A stretch of DNA of 28,641 nt from NCBI GenBank assembly GCA_002269645.1, contig NIVC01005008.1, forward strand, positions 1 to 28,641. The letters run 5' to 3'. The translations under genes were made by a program, and so were the position numbers. The DNA is from Macrostomum lignano (taxonomy: Eukaryota). Positions 10,663-25,173 of this stretch are shown here, piece by piece (position 1 is the stretch's first letter; each line of letters starts with the position of its first letter). Below the pieces are notes generated by a model, which did not search any database, had not been told where the DNA came from, and was given only the letters and a program-made list of their open reading frames with translations.

Positions 10663-11605
10663 TATTAGCAGTAGCTTTGGCGCTCTATTAGCAGTAGCTT
10701 TGGCGCTCTATTAGCAGTAGCTTTGGCGCTCTATTAGCAGTAGCTTTGGCGCTCTATTAGCAGTAGCTTTGGCGCTCTATTAGCAGTAGCTTTGGCGCTC
10801 TATTAGCAGTAGCTTTGGCGCTCTATTAGCAGTAGCTTTGGCGCTCTATTAGCAGTAGCTTTGGCGCTCTATTAGCAGTAGCTTTGGCGCTCTATTAGCA
10901 GTAGCTTTGGCGCTCTATTAGCAGTAGCTTTGGCGCTCTATTAGCAGTAGCTTTGGCGCTCTATTAGCAGTAGCTTTGGCGCTCTATTAGCAGTAGCTTT
11001 GGCGCTCTATTAGCAGTAGCTTTGGCGCTCTATTAGCAGTAGCTTTGGCGCTCTATTAGCAGTAGCTTTGGCGCTCTATTAGCAGTAGCTTTGGCGCTCT
11101 ATTAGCAGTAGCTTTGGCGCTCTATTAGCAGTAGCTTTGGCGCTCTATTAGCAGTAGCTTTGGCGCTCTATTAGCAGTAGCTTTGGCGCTCTATTAGCAG
11201 TAGCTTTGGCGCTCTATTAGCAGTAGCTTTGGCGCTCTATTAGCAGTAGCTTTGGCGCTCTATTAGCAGTAGCTTTGGCGCTCTATTAGCAGTAGCTTTG
11301 GCGCTCTATTAGCAGTAGCTTTGGCGCTCTATTAGCAGTAGCTTTGGCGCTCTATTAGCAGTAGCTTTGGCGCTCTATTAGCAGTAGCTTTGGCGCTCTA
11401 TTAGCAGTAGCTTTGGCGCTCTATTAGCAGTAGCTTTGGCGCTCTATTAGCAGTAGCTTTGGCGCTCTATTAGCAGTAGCTTTGGCGCTCTATTAGCAGT
11501 AGCTTTGGCGCTCTATTAGCAGTAGCTTTGGCGCTCTATTAGCAGTAGCTTTGGCGCTCTATTAGCAGTAGCTTTGGCGCTCTATTAGCAGTAGCTTTGG
11601 CGCTC
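10663..11605. repeat. Longest perfectly homogeneous block: 41 consecutive 23-bp CGCTC units
   Basis: 943 bp = 41 x 23 with no variant linker. Other pure blocks: 11628-12179 (24 units), 20432-20983 (24) and 23564-24138 (25). Confidence 0.9.
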
Positions 11606-14600
11606 TATTAGCAGTAGCTTTGGCGCCTATTAGCAGTAGCTTTGGCGCTCTATTAGCAGTAGCTTTGGCGCTCTATTAGCAGTAGCTTTGGCGCTCTATT
11701 AGCAGTAGCTTTGGCGCTCTATTAGCAGTAGCTTTGGCGCTCTATTAGCAGTAGCTTTGGCGCTCTATTAGCAGTAGCTTTGGCGCTCTATTAGCAGTAG
11801 CTTTGGCGCTCTATTAGCAGTAGCTTTGGCGCTCTATTAGCAGTAGCTTTGGCGCTCTATTAGCAGTAGCTTTGGCGCTCTATTAGCAGTAGCTTTGGCG
11901 CTCTATTAGCAGTAGCTTTGGCGCTCTATTAGCAGTAGCTTTGGCGCTCTATTAGCAGTAGCTTTGGCGCTCTATTAGCAGTAGCTTTGGCGCTCTATTA
12001 GCAGTAGCTTTGGCGCTCTATTAGCAGTAGCTTTGGCGCTCTATTAGCAGTAGCTTTGGCGCTCTATTAGCAGTAGCTTTGGCGCTCTATTAGCAGTAGC
12101 TTTGGCGCTCTATTAGCAGTAGCTTTGGCGCTCTATTAGCAGTAGCTTTGGCGCTCTATTAGCAGTAGCTTTGGCGCTCTATTAGCAGTAGCTTTGGCGC
12201 CTATTAGCAGTAGCTTTGGCGCTATTAGCAGTAGCTTTGGCGCCTATTAGCAGTAGCTTTGGCGCCTATTAGCAGTAGCTTTGGCGCTCTATTAGCAGTA
12301 GCTTTGGCGCTCTATTAGCAGTAGCTTTGGCGCTCTATTAGCAGTAGCTTTGGCGCTCTATTAGCAGTAGCTTTGGCGCTCTATTAGCAGTAGCTTTGGC
12401 GCTCTATTAGCAGTAGCTTTGGCGCCTATTAGCAGTAGCTTTGGCGCTCTATTAGCAGTAGCTTTGGTCTATTAGCAGTAGCTTTGGCCTATTAGCAGTA
12501 GCTTTGGTGCCCTATTAGCAGTAGCTTTGGCCCTATTAGCAGTAGCTTTGGCGCCTATTAGCAGTAGCTTTGGCCCTATTAGCAGTAGCTTTGGCGCCTA
12601 TTAGCAGTAGCTTTGGCGCCTATTAGCAGTAGCTTTGGCGCCTATTAGCAGTAGCTTTGGCGCTCTATTAGCAGTAGCTTTGGCGCTCTATTAGCAGTAG
12701 CTTTGGCGCCTATTAGCAGTAGCTTTGGCGCCTATTAGCAGTAGCTTTGGCGCCTATTAGCAGTAGCTTTGGTCCTATTAGCAGTAGCTTTGGCGCCTAT
12801 TAGCAGTAGCTTTGGCGCTCTATTAGCAGTAGCTTTGGCGCTCTATTAGCAGTAGCTTTGGCGCTCTATTAGCAGTAGCTTTGGCGCTCTATTAGCAGTA
12901 GCTTTGGCGCTCTATTAGCAGTAGCTTTGGCGCCTATTAGCAGTAGCTTTGGCGCTCTATTAGCAGTAGCTTTGGCGCTCTATTAGCAGTAGCTTTGGCG
13001 CCTATTAGCAGTAGCTTTGGCCCTATTAGCAGTAGCTTTGGCGCCTATTAGCAGTAGCTTTGGCGCCTATTAGCAGTAGCTTTGGCGCCTATTAGCAGTA
13101 GCTTTGGCGCTCTATTAGCAGTAGCTTTGGCGCCTATTAGCAGTAGCTTTGGCGCTCTATTAGCAGTAGCTTTGGCGCTCTATTAGCAGTAGCTTTGGCG
13201 CTCTATTAGCAGTAGCTTTGGCGCTCTATTAGCAGTAGCTTTGGCCTATTAGCAGTAGCTTTGGTGCCTATTAGCAGTAGCTTTGGTGCCCTATTAGCAG
13301 TAGCTTTGGTGCCCTATTAGCAGTAGCTTTGGCGCCTATTAGCAGTAGCTTTGGCGCCTATTAGCAGTAGCTTTGGCGCCTATTAGCAGTAGCTTTGGCG
13401 CTCTATTAGCAGTAGCTTTGGCGCTCTATTAGCAGTAGCTTTGGCGCCTATTAGCAGTAGCTTTGGCGCCTATTAGCAGTAGCTTTGGCGCCTATTAGCA
13501 GTAGCTTTGGCGCCTATTAGCAGTAGCTTTGGCCCTATTAGCAGTAGCTTTGGCGCCTATTAGCAGTAGCTTTGGCGCTATTAGCAGTAGCTTTGGCGCT
13601 CTATTAGCAGTAGCTTTGGCGCTCTATTAGCAGTAGCTTTGGCGCTCTATTAGCAGTAGCTTTGGCGCCTATTAGCAGTAGCTTTGGCGCTCTATTAGCA
13701 GTAGCTTTGGCGCTCTATTAGCAGTAGCTTTGGCGCTCTATTAGCAGTAGCTTTGGCGCTCTATTAGCAGTAGCTTTGGCGCTCTATTAGCAGTAGCTTT
13801 GGCGCTCTATTAGCAGTAGCTTTGGCGCCTATTAGCAGTAGCTTTGGCGCTCTATTAGCAGTAGCTTTGGCGCTCTATTAGCAGTAGCTTTGGCGCTCTA
13901 TTAGCAGTAGCTTTGGCGCTCTATTAGCAGTAGCTTTGGCGCTCTATTAGCAGTAGCTTTGGCGCTCTATTAGCAGTAGCTTTGGCGCTCTATTAGCAGT
14001 AGCTTTGGCGCTCTATTAGCAGTAGCTTTGGCGCTATTAGCAGTAGCTTTGGCGCTCTATTAGCAGTAGCTTTGGCGCTCTATTAGCAGTAGCTTTGGCG
14101 CTCTATTAGCAGTAGCTTTGGCGCCTATTAGCAGTAGCTTTGGCGCTCTATTAGCAGTAGCTTTGGCGCTCTATTAGCAGTAGCTTTGGCGCTCTATTAG
14201 CAGTAGCTTTGGCGCTCTATTAGCAGTAGCTTTGGCGCTCTATTAGCAGTAGCTTTGGCGCTCTATTAGCAGTAGCTTTGGCGCTCTATTAGCAGTAGCT
14301 TTGGCGCTCTATTAGCAGTAGCTTTGGCGCTCTATTAGCAGTAGCTTTGGCGCTCTATTAGCAGTAGCTTTGGCGCCTATTAGCAGTAGCTTTGGCGCTC
14401 TATTAGCAGTAGCTTTGGCGCTCTATTAGCAGTAGCTTTGGCGCCTATTAGCAGTAGCTTTGGCGCTCTATTAGCAGTAGCTTTGGCGCTCTATTAGCAG
14501 TAGCTTTGGCGCTCTATTAGCAGTAGCTTTGGCGCTCTATTAGCAGTAGCTTTGGCGCTCTATTAGCAGTAGCTTTGGCGCCTATTAGCAGTAGCTTTGG

Positions 14601-17600
14601 CGCTCTATTAGCAGTAGCTTTGGCGCCTATTAGCAGTAGCTTTGGCGCTCTATTAGCAGTAGCTTTGGCGCCTATTAGCAGTAGCTTTGGCGCTCTATTA
14701 GCAGTAGCTTTGGCGCTCTATTAGCAGTAGCTTTGGCGCTCTATTAGCAGTAGCTTTGGCGCTCTATTAGCAGTAGCTTTGCGCCTATTAGCAGTAGCTT
14801 TGGCGCCTATTAGCAGTAGCTTTGGCGCCTATTAGCAGTAGCTTTGGCGCCTATTAGCAGTAGCTTTGGCGCCTATTAGCAGTAGCTTTGGCGCCTATTA
14901 GCAGTAGCTTTGGCGCTCTATTAGCAGTAGCTTTGGCGCCTATTAGCAGTAGCTTTGGCGCTCTATTAGCAGTAGCTTTGGCGCTCTATTAGCAGTAGCT
15001 TTGGCGCTCTATTAGCAGTAGCTTTGGCGCTCTATTAGCAGTAGCTTTGGCGCCTATTAGCAGTAGCTTTGGCGCTCTATTAGCAGTAGCTTTGGCGCTC
15101 TATTAGCAGTAGCTTTGGCGCCTATTAGCAGTAGCTTTGGCGCTATTAGCAGTAGCTTTGGCGCCTATTAGCAGTAGCTTTGGCGCCTATTAGCAGTAGC
15201 TTTGGCGCTCTATTAGCAGTAGCTTTGGCGCTCTATTAGCAGTAGCTTTGGCGCTCTATTAGCAGTAGCTTTGGCGCTCTATTAGCAGTAGCTTTGGCGC
15301 TCTATTAGCAGTAGCTTTGGCGCCTATTAGCAGTAGCTTTGGCGCTCTATTAGCAGTAGCTTTGGCGCTCTATTAGCAGTAGCTTTGGCGCCTATTAGCA
15401 GTAGCTTTGGCGCTCTATTAGCAGTAGCTTTGGCGCTCTATTAGCAGTAGCTTTGGCGCTCTATTAGCAGTAGCTTTGGCGCTCTATTAGCAGTAGCTTT
15501 GGCGCTCTATTAGCAGTAGCTTTGGCGCTCTATTAGCAGTAGCTTTGGCGCCTATTAGCAGTAGCTTTGGCGCTCTATTAGCAGTAGCTTTGGCGCCTAT
15601 TAGCAGTAGCTTTGGCGCTCTATTAGCAGTAGCTTTGGCGCCTATTAGCAGTAGCTTTGGCGCCTATTAGCAGTAGCTTTGGCGCCTATTAGCAGTAGCT
15701 TTGGCCCTATTAGCAGTAGCTTTGGCGCCTATTAGCAGTAGCTTTGGCGCTCTATTAGCAGTAGCTTTGGCGCTCTATTAGCAGTAGCTTTGGCGCTCTA
15801 TTAGCAGTAGCTTTGGCGCTCTATTAGCAGTAGCTTTGGCGCTCTATTAGCAGTAGCTTTGGCGCTCTATTAGCAGTAGCTTTGGCGCTCTATTAGCAGT
15901 AGCTTTGGCGCTCTATTAGCAGTAGCTTTGGCGCTCTATTAGCAGTAGCTTTGGCGCTCTATTAGCAGTAGCTTTGGCGCTCTATTAGCAGTAGCTTTGG
16001 CGCTCTATTAGCAGTAGCTTTGGCGCTCTATTAGCAGTAGCTTTGGCGCTCTATTAGCAGTAGCTTTGGCGCTCTATTAGCAGTAGCTTTGGCGCTCTAT
16101 TAGCAGTAGCTTTGGCGCCTATTAGCAGTAGCTTTGGCGCTCTATTAGCAGTAGCTTTGGCGCCTATTAGCAGTAGCTTTGGCGCCTATTAGCAGTAGCT
16201 TTGGCCCTATTAGCAGTAGCTTTGGCGCCTATTAGCAGTAGCTTTGGCGCTCTATTAGCAGTAGCTTTGGCGCTCTATTAGCAGTAGCTTTGGCGCCTAT
16301 TAGCAGTAGCTTTGGCGCTCTATTAGCAGTAGCTTTGGCGCCTATTAGCAGTAGCTTTGGCGCCTATTAGCAGTAGCTTTGGCGCTCTATTAGCAGTAGC
16401 TTTGGCGCTCTATTAGCAGTAGCTTTGGCGCTATTAGCAGTAGCTTTGGCGCTCTATTAGCAGTAGCTTTGGCTCTATTAGCAGTAGCTTTGGCGCCTAT
16501 TAGCAGTAGCTTTGGCGCCTATTAGCAGTAGCTTTGGCGCCTATTAGCAGTAGCTTTGGCGCTCTATTAGCAGTAGCTTTGGCGCCTATTAGCAGTAGCT
16601 TTGGCGCCTATTAGCAGTAGCTTTGGCGCCTATTAGCAGTAGCTTTGGCGCTCTATTAGCAGTAGCTTTGGCGCTCTATTAGCAGTAGCTTTGGCGCTCT
16701 ATTAGCAGTAGCTTTGGCGCTCTATTAGCAGTAGCTTTGGCGCTCTATTAGCAGTAGCTTTGGCGCTCTATTAGCAGTAGCTTTGGCGCTCTATTAGCAG
16801 TAGCTTTGGCGCTCTATTAGCAGTAGCTTTGGCGCTCTATTAGCAGTAGCTTTGGCGCTCTATTAGCAGTAGCTTTGGCGCTCTATTAGCAGTAGCTTTG
16901 GCGCCTATTAGCAGTAGCTTTGGCGCTCTATTAGCAGTAGCTTTGGCGCTCTATTAGCAGTAGCTTTGGCGCCTATTAGCAGTAGCTTTGGCGCTCTATT
17001 AGCAGTAGCTTTGGCGCTCTATTAGCAGTAGCTTTGGCGCTCTATTAGCAGTAGCTTTGGCGCTCTATTAGCAGTAGCTTTGGCGCTCTATTAGCAGTAG
17101 CTTTGGCGCTCTATTAGCAGTAGCTTTGGCGCTCTATTAGCAGTAGCTTTGGCGCTCTATTAGCAGTAGCTTTGGCGCTCTATTAGCAGTAGCTTTGGCG
17201 CTCTATTAGCAGTAGCTTTGGCGCTCTATTAGCAGTAGCTTTGGCGCCTATTAGCAGTAGCTTTGGCGCTCTATTAGCAGTAGCTTTGGCGCTCTATTAG
17301 CAGTAGCTTTGGCGCTCTATTAGCAGTAGCTTTGGCGCTCTATTAGCAGTAGCTTTGGCGCTCTATTAGCAGTAGCTTTGGCGCTCTATTAGCAGTAGCT
17401 TTGGCGCTATTAGCAGTAGCTTTGGCGCTCTATTAGCAGTAGCTTTGGCGCCTATTAGCAGTAGCTTTGGCGCCTATTAGCAGTAGCTTTGGCGCCTATT
17501 AGCAGTAGCTTTGGCGCCTATTAGCAGTAGCTTTGGCGCTCTATTAGCAGTAGCTTTGGCGCTCTATTAGCAGTAGCTTTGGCGCTCTATTAGCAGTAGC

Positions 17601-20600
17601 TTTGGCGCTCTATTAGCAGTAGCTTTGGCGCTCTATTAGCAGTAGCTTTGGCGCTCTATTAGCAGTAGCTTTGGCGCTCTATTAGCAGTAGCTTTGGCGC
17701 TCTATTAGCAGTAGCTTTGGCGCTCTATTAGCAGTAGCTTTGGCGCTCTATTAGCAGTAGCTTTGGCGCTCTATTAGCAGTAGCTTTGGCGCTCTATTAG
17801 CAGTAGCTTTGGCGCTCTATTAGCAGTAGCTTTGGCGCTCTATTAGCAGTAGCTTTGGCGCTCTATTAGCAGTAGCTTTGGCGCTCTATTAGCAGTAGCT
17901 TTGGCGCTCTATTAGCAGTAGCTTTGGCGCTCTATTAGCAGTAGCTTTGGCGCTCTATTAGCAGTAGCTTTGGCGCTCTATTAGCAGTAGCTTTGGCGCC
18001 TATTAGCAGTAGCTTTGGCGCTCTATTAGCAGTAGCTTTGGCGCTCTATTAGCAGTAGCTTTGGCGCTCTATTAGCAGTAGCTTTGGCGCCTATTAGCAG
18101 TAGCTTTGGCGCTCTATTAGCAGTAGCTTTGGCGCTCTATTAGCAGTAGCTTTGGCGCTATTAGCAGTAGCTTTGGCGCTCTATTAGCAGTAGCTTTGGC
18201 GCTCTATTAGCAGTAGCTTTGGCGCCTATTAGCAGTAGCTTTGGCGCTCTATTAGCAGTAGCTTTGGCCTATTAGCAGTAGCTTTGGCCCTATTAGCAGT
18301 AGCTTTGGTGCCTATTAGCAGTAGCTTTGGCGCTCTATTAGCAGTAGCTTTGGCCCTATTAGCAGTAGCTTTGGCGCTCTATTAGCAGTAGCTTTGGCGC
18401 TCTATTAGCAGTAGCTTTGGCGCTCTATTAGCAGTAGCTTTGGCGCTCTATTAGCAGTAGCTTTGGCGCCTATTAGCAGTAGCTTTGGCGCCTATTAGCA
18501 GTAGCTTTGGCGCTCTATTAGCAGTAGCTTTGGCGCTATTAGCAGTAGCTTTGGCGCCTATTAGCAGTAGCTTTGGCGCTATTAGCAGTAGCTTTGGCGC
18601 CCTATTAGCAGTAGCTTTGGCGCCTATTAGCAGTAGCTTTGGCGCCTATTAGCAGTAGCTTTGGCGCTATTAGCAGTAGCTTTGGCGCTCTATTAGCAGT
18701 AGCTTTGGCGCTCTATTAGCAGTAGCTTTGGCGCTCTATTAGCAGTAGCTTTGGCGCTCTATTAGCAGTAGCTTTGGCGCTCTATTAGCAGTAGCTTTGG
18801 CGCTCTATTAGCAGTAGCTTTGGCGCTCTATTAGCAGTAGCTTTGGCGCTCTATTAGCAGTAGCTTTGGCGCTCTATTAGCAGTAGCTTTGGCGCTCTAT
18901 TAGCAGTAGCTTTGGCGCTCTATTAGCAGTAGCTTTGGCGCTCTATTAGCAGTAGCTTTGGCGCTCTATTAGCAGTAGCTTTGGCGCTCTATTAGCAGTA
19001 GCTTTGGCGCTCTATTAGCAGTAGCTTTGGCGCTCTATTAGCAGTAGCTTTGGCGCTCTATTAGCAGTAGCTTTGGCGCTCTATTAGCAGTAGCTTTGGC
19101 GCTATTAGCAGTAGCTTTGGCGCCTATTAGCAGTAGCTTTGGCGCCTATTAGCAGTAGCTTTGGCGCCTATTAGCAGTAGCTTTGGCGCTATTAGCAGTA
19201 GCTTTGGCGCTCTATTAGCAGTAGCTTTGGCGCCTATTAGCAGTAGCTTTGGCGCCTCTATTAGCAGTAGCTTTGGCGCTCTATTAGCAGTAGCTTTGGC
19301 GCTCTATTAGCAGTAGCTTTGGCGCTCTATTAGCAGTAGCTTTGGCGCTCTATTAGCAGTAGCTTTGGCGCTCTATTAGCAGTAGCTTTGGCGCTCTATT
19401 AGCAGTAGCTTTGGCGCCTATTAGCAGTAGCTTTGGCGCTCTATTAGCAGTAGCTTTGGCGCTCTATTAGCAGTAGCTTTGGCGCTCTATTAGCAGTAGC
19501 TTTGGCGCTCTATTAGCAGTAGCTTTGGCGCTCTATTAGCAGTAGCTTTGGCGCTCTATTAGCAGTAGCTTTGGCGCTCTATTAGCAGTAGCTTTGGCGC
19601 CTATTAGCAGTAGCTTTGGCGCCTATTAGCAGTAGCTTTGGCGCCTATTAGCAGTAGCTTTGGCGCCTATTAGCAGTAGCTTTGGCGCCTATTAGCAGTA
19701 GCTTTGGCGCCTATTAGCAGTAGCTTTGGCGCCTATTAGCAGTAGCTTTGGCGCTATTAGCAGTAGCTTTGGCGCTCTATTAGCAGTAGCTTTGGCGCTC
19801 TATTAGCAGTAGCTTTGGCGCTCTATTAGCAGTAGCTTTGGCGCTCTATTAGCAGTAGCTTTGGCGCCTATTAGCAGTAGCTTTGGCGCTATTAGCAGTA
19901 GCTTTGGCGCCTATTAGCAGTAGCTTTGGCGCTCTATTAGCAGTAGCTTTGGCGCTCTATTAGCAGTAGCTTTGGCGCCTATTAGCAGTAGCTTTGGCGC
20001 CTATTAGCAGTAGCTTTGGCGCCCTATTAGCAGTAGCTTTGGCGCCTATTAGCAGTAGCTTTGGCGCCTATTAGCAGTAGCTTTGGCGCTCTATTAGCAG
20101 TAGCTTTGGCGCCTATTAGCAGTAGCTTTGGCGCCTATTAGCAGTAGCTTTGGCGCTCTATTAGCAGTAGCTTTGGCGCTCTATTAGCAGTAGCTTTGGC
20201 GCTCTATTAGCAGTAGCTTTGGCGCTCTATTAGCAGTAGCTTTGGCGCTCTATTAGCAGTAGCTTTGGCGCTCTATTAGCAGTAGCTTTGGCGCTCTATT
20301 AGCAGTAGCTTTGGCGCTCTATTAGCAGTAGCTTTGGCGCTCTATTAGCAGTAGCTTTGGCGCTCTATTAGCAGTAGCTTTGGCGCCTATTAGCAGTAGC
20401 TTTGGCGCCTATTAGCAGTAGCTTTGGCGCCTATTAGCAGTAGCTTTGGCGCTCTATTAGCAGTAGCTTTGGCGCTCTATTAGCAGTAGCTTTGGCGCTC
20501 TATTAGCAGTAGCTTTGGCGCTCTATTAGCAGTAGCTTTGGCGCTCTATTAGCAGTAGCTTTGGCGCTCTATTAGCAGTAGCTTTGGCGCTCTATTAGCA

Positions 20601-23600
20601 GTAGCTTTGGCGCTCTATTAGCAGTAGCTTTGGCGCTCTATTAGCAGTAGCTTTGGCGCTCTATTAGCAGTAGCTTTGGCGCTCTATTAGCAGTAGCTTT
20701 GGCGCTCTATTAGCAGTAGCTTTGGCGCTCTATTAGCAGTAGCTTTGGCGCTCTATTAGCAGTAGCTTTGGCGCTCTATTAGCAGTAGCTTTGGCGCTCT
20801 ATTAGCAGTAGCTTTGGCGCTCTATTAGCAGTAGCTTTGGCGCTCTATTAGCAGTAGCTTTGGCGCTCTATTAGCAGTAGCTTTGGCGCTCTATTAGCAG
20901 TAGCTTTGGCGCTCTATTAGCAGTAGCTTTGGCGCTCTATTAGCAGTAGCTTTGGCGCTCTATTAGCAGTAGCTTTGGCGCTCTATTAGCAGTAGCTTTG
21001 GCGCCTATTAGCAGTAGCTTTGGCGCCTATTAGCAGTAGCTTTGGCGCCTATTAGCAGTAGCTTTGGCGCCTATTAGCAGTAGCTTTGGCGCTCTATTAG
21101 CAGTAGCTTTGGCGCTCTATTAGCAGTAGCTTTGGCGCTCTATTAGCAGTAGCTTTGGCGCTCTATTAGCAGTAGCTTTGGCGCTCTATTAGCAGTAGCT
21201 TTGGCGCTCTATTAGCAGTAGCTTTGGCGCTCTATTAGCAGTAGCTTTGGCGCTCTATTAGCAGTAGCTTTGGCGCTCTATTAGCAGTAGCTTTGGCGCT
21301 CTATTAGCAGTAGCTTTGGCGCTCTATTAGCAGTAGCTTTGGCGCTCTATTAGCAGTAGCTTTGGCGCTCTATTAGCAGTAGCTTTGGCGCTCTATTAGC
21401 AGTAGCTTTGGCGCTCTATTAGCAGTAGCTTTGGCGCTCTATTAGCAGTAGCTTTGGCGCTCTATTAGCAGTAGCTTTGGCCTATTAGCAGTAGCTTTGG
21501 CCTCTATTAGCAGTAGCTTTGGTCTATTAGCAGTAGCTTTGGCGCTCTATTAGCAGTAGCTTTGGCGCTCTATTAGCAGTAGCTTTGGCGCTCTATTAGC
21601 AGTAGCTTTGGCGCTCTATTAGCAGTAGCTTTGGCCCTATTAGCAGTAGCTTTGGCGCCTATTAGCAGTAGCTTTGGCGCCTATTAGCAGTAGCTTTGGC
21701 GCTCTATTAGCAGTAGCTTTGGCGCTCTATTAGCAGTAGCTTTGGCCTATTAGCAGTAGCTTTGGTGCCCTATTAGCAGTAGCTTTGGTGCCTATTAGCA
21801 GTAGCTTTGGCGCCTATTAGCAGTAGCTTTGGCTCTATTAGCAGTAGCTTTGGCGCTCTATTAGCAGTAGCTTTGGCGCCTATTAGCAGTAGCTTTGGCC
21901 CTATTAGCAGTAGCTTTGGCCTATTAGCAGTAGCTTTGGTGCCCTATTAGCAGTAGCTTTGGTGCCCTATTAGCAGTAGCTTTGGTGCCCTATTAGCAGT
22001 AGCTTTGGTGCCCTATTAGCAGTAGCTTTGGCGCTCTATTAGCAGTAGCTTTGGCGCTCTATTAGCAGTAGCTTTGGTCCCCTATTAGCAGTAGCTTTGG
22101 TGCCTATTAGCAGTAGCTTTGGCGCCTATTAGCAGTAGCTTTGGTGCCTATTAGCAGTAGCTTTGGCGCTCTATTAGCAGTAGCTTTGGCGCTCTATTAG
22201 CAGTAGCTTTGGCGCTCTATTAGCAGTAGCTTTGGCGCTCTATTAGCAGTAGCTTTGGCGCTCTATTAGCAGTAGCTTTGGCGCTCTATTAGCAGTAGCT
22301 TTGGCGCTCTATTAGCAGTAGCTTTGGCGCTCTATTAGCAGTAGCTTTGGCGCTCTATTAGCAGTAGCTTTGGCGCTCTATTAGCAGTAGCTTTGGCGCC
22401 TATTAGCAGTAGCTTTGGCGCTCTATTAGCAGTAGCTTTGGCGCTCTATTAGCAGTAGCTTTGGCGCCTATTAGCAGTAGCTTTGGCGCTCTATTAGCAG
22501 TAGCTTTGGCGCTCTATTAGCAGTAGCTTTGGCGCTCTATTAGCAGTAGCTTTGGCGCTCTATTAGCAGTAGCTTTGGCGCTCTATTAGCAGTAGCTTTG
22601 GCGCTATTAGCAGTAGCTTTGGCGCTCTATTAGCAGTAGCTTTGGCGCTCTATTAGCAGTAGCTTTGGCGCTCTATTAGCAGTAGCTTTGGCGCTCTATT
22701 AGCAGTAGCTTTGGCGCCTATTAGCAGTAGCTTTGGTCCCCTATTAGCAGTAGCTTTGGCGCCCTATTAGCAGTAGCTTTGGCGCTCTATTAGCAGTAGC
22801 TTTGGCGCTCTATTAGCAGTAGCTTTGGCGCTCTATTAGCAGTAGCTTTGGCGCTCTATTAGCAGTAGCTTTGGCGCTCTATTAGCAGTAGCTTTGGCGC
22901 TCTATTAGCAGTAGCTTTGGCGCTCTATTAGCAGTAGCTTTGGCGCTCTATTAGCAGTAGCTTTGGCGCTCTATTAGCAGTAGCTTTGGCGCTCTATTAG
23001 CAGTAGCTTTGGCGCTCTATTAGCAGTAGCTTTGGCGCTCTATTAGCAGTAGCTTTGGCGCTCTATTAGCAGTAGCTTTGGCGCTCTATTAGCAGTAGCT
23101 TTGGCGCTCTATTAGCAGTAGCTTTGGCGCTCTATTAGCAGTAGCTTTGGCGCTCTATTAGCAGTAGCTTTGGCGCTCTATTAGCAGTAGCTTTGGCGCT
23201 CTATTAGCAGTAGCTTTGGCGCTCTATTAGCAGTAGCTTTGGCGCCTATTAGCAGTAGCTTTGGCGCCTATTAGCAGTAGCTTTGGCGCCTATTAGCAGT
23301 AGCTTTGGCGCCTATTAGCAGTAGCTTTGGCGCTCTATTAGCAGTAGCTTTGGCGCTCTATTAGCAGTAGCTTTGGCGCTCTATTAGCAGTAGCTTTGGC
23401 GCTCTATTAGCAGTAGCTTTGGCGCTCTATTAGCAGTAGCTTTGGCGCTCTATTAGCAGTAGCTTTGGCGCTCTATTAGCAGTAGCTTTGGCGCTCTATT
23501 AGCAGTAGCTTTGGCGCTCTATTAGCAGTAGCTTTGGCGCTCTATTAGCAGTAGCTTTGGCGCTATTAGCAGTAGCTTTGGCGCTCTATTAGCAGTAGCT

Positions 23601-25173
23601 TTGGCGCTCTATTAGCAGTAGCTTTGGCGCTCTATTAGCAGTAGCTTTGGCGCTCTATTAGCAGTAGCTTTGGCGCTCTATTAGCAGTAGCTTTGGCGCT
23701 CTATTAGCAGTAGCTTTGGCGCTCTATTAGCAGTAGCTTTGGCGCTCTATTAGCAGTAGCTTTGGCGCTCTATTAGCAGTAGCTTTGGCGCTCTATTAGC
23801 AGTAGCTTTGGCGCTCTATTAGCAGTAGCTTTGGCGCTCTATTAGCAGTAGCTTTGGCGCTCTATTAGCAGTAGCTTTGGCGCTCTATTAGCAGTAGCTT
23901 TGGCGCTCTATTAGCAGTAGCTTTGGCGCTCTATTAGCAGTAGCTTTGGCGCTCTATTAGCAGTAGCTTTGGCGCTCTATTAGCAGTAGCTTTGGCGCTC
24001 TATTAGCAGTAGCTTTGGCGCTCTATTAGCAGTAGCTTTGGCGCTCTATTAGCAGTAGCTTTGGCGCTCTATTAGCAGTAGCTTTGGCGCTCTATTAGCA
24101 GTAGCTTTGGCGCTCTATTAGCAGTAGCTTTGGCGCTCTATTAGCAGTAGCTTTGGCGCCTATTAGCAGTAGCTTTGGCCCTATTAGCAGTAGCTTTGGC
24201 CCTATTAGCAGTAGCTTTGGCGCCTATTAGCAGTAGCTTTGGCGCTCTATTAGCAGTAGCTTTGGCGCTCTATTAGCAGTAGCTTTGGCGCTCTATTAGC
24301 AGTAGCTTTGGCGCTCTATTAGCAGTAGCTTTGGCGCTCTATTAGCAGTAGCTTTGGCGCCTATTAGCAGTAGCTTTGGCGCTCTATTAGCAGTAGCTTT
24401 GGCGCTCTATTAGCAGTAGCTTTGGCGCTCTATTAGCAGTAGCTTTGGCGCTCTATTAGCAGTAGCTTTGGCGCTCTATTAGCAGTAGCTTTGGCGCTCT
24501 ATTAGCAGTAGCTTTGGCGCTTATTAGCAGTAGCTTTGGCGCTCTATTAGCAGTAGCTTTGGCGCTCTATTAGCAGTAGCTTTGGCGCTCTATTAGCAGT
24601 AGCTTTGGCGCTCTATTAGCAGTAGCTTTGGCGCTCTATTAGCAGTAGCTTTGGCGCTCTATTAGCAGTAGCTTTGGTCCCCTATTAGCAGTAGCTTTGG
24701 TGCCCTATTAGCAGTAGCTTTGGTGCTCTATTAGCAGTAGCTTTGGCGCTCTATTAGCAGTAGCTTTGGCGCTCTATTAGCAGTAGCTTTGGCGCCTATT
24801 AGCAGTAGCTTTGGCGCTCTATTAGCAGTAGCTTTGGCGCCTATTAGCAGTAGCTTTGGCGCTCTATTAGCAGTAGCTTTGGCGCTCTATTAGCAGTAGC
24901 TTTGGCGCCTATTAGCAGTAGCTTTGGCCCTATTAGCAGTAGCTTTGGTGCCTATTAGCAGTAGCTTTGGTGCCTATTAGCAGTAGCTTTGGCGCTATTA
25001 GCAGTAGCTTTGGCGCTCTATTAGCAGTAGCTTTGGCCCTATTAGCAGTAGCTTTGGCGCCTATTAGCAGTAGCTTTGGTGCCTATTAGCAGTAGCTTTG
25101 GTGCCCTATTAGCAGTAGCTTTGGTGCCCTATTAGCAGTAGCTTTGGTGCCCTATTAGCAGTAGCTTTGGCGC

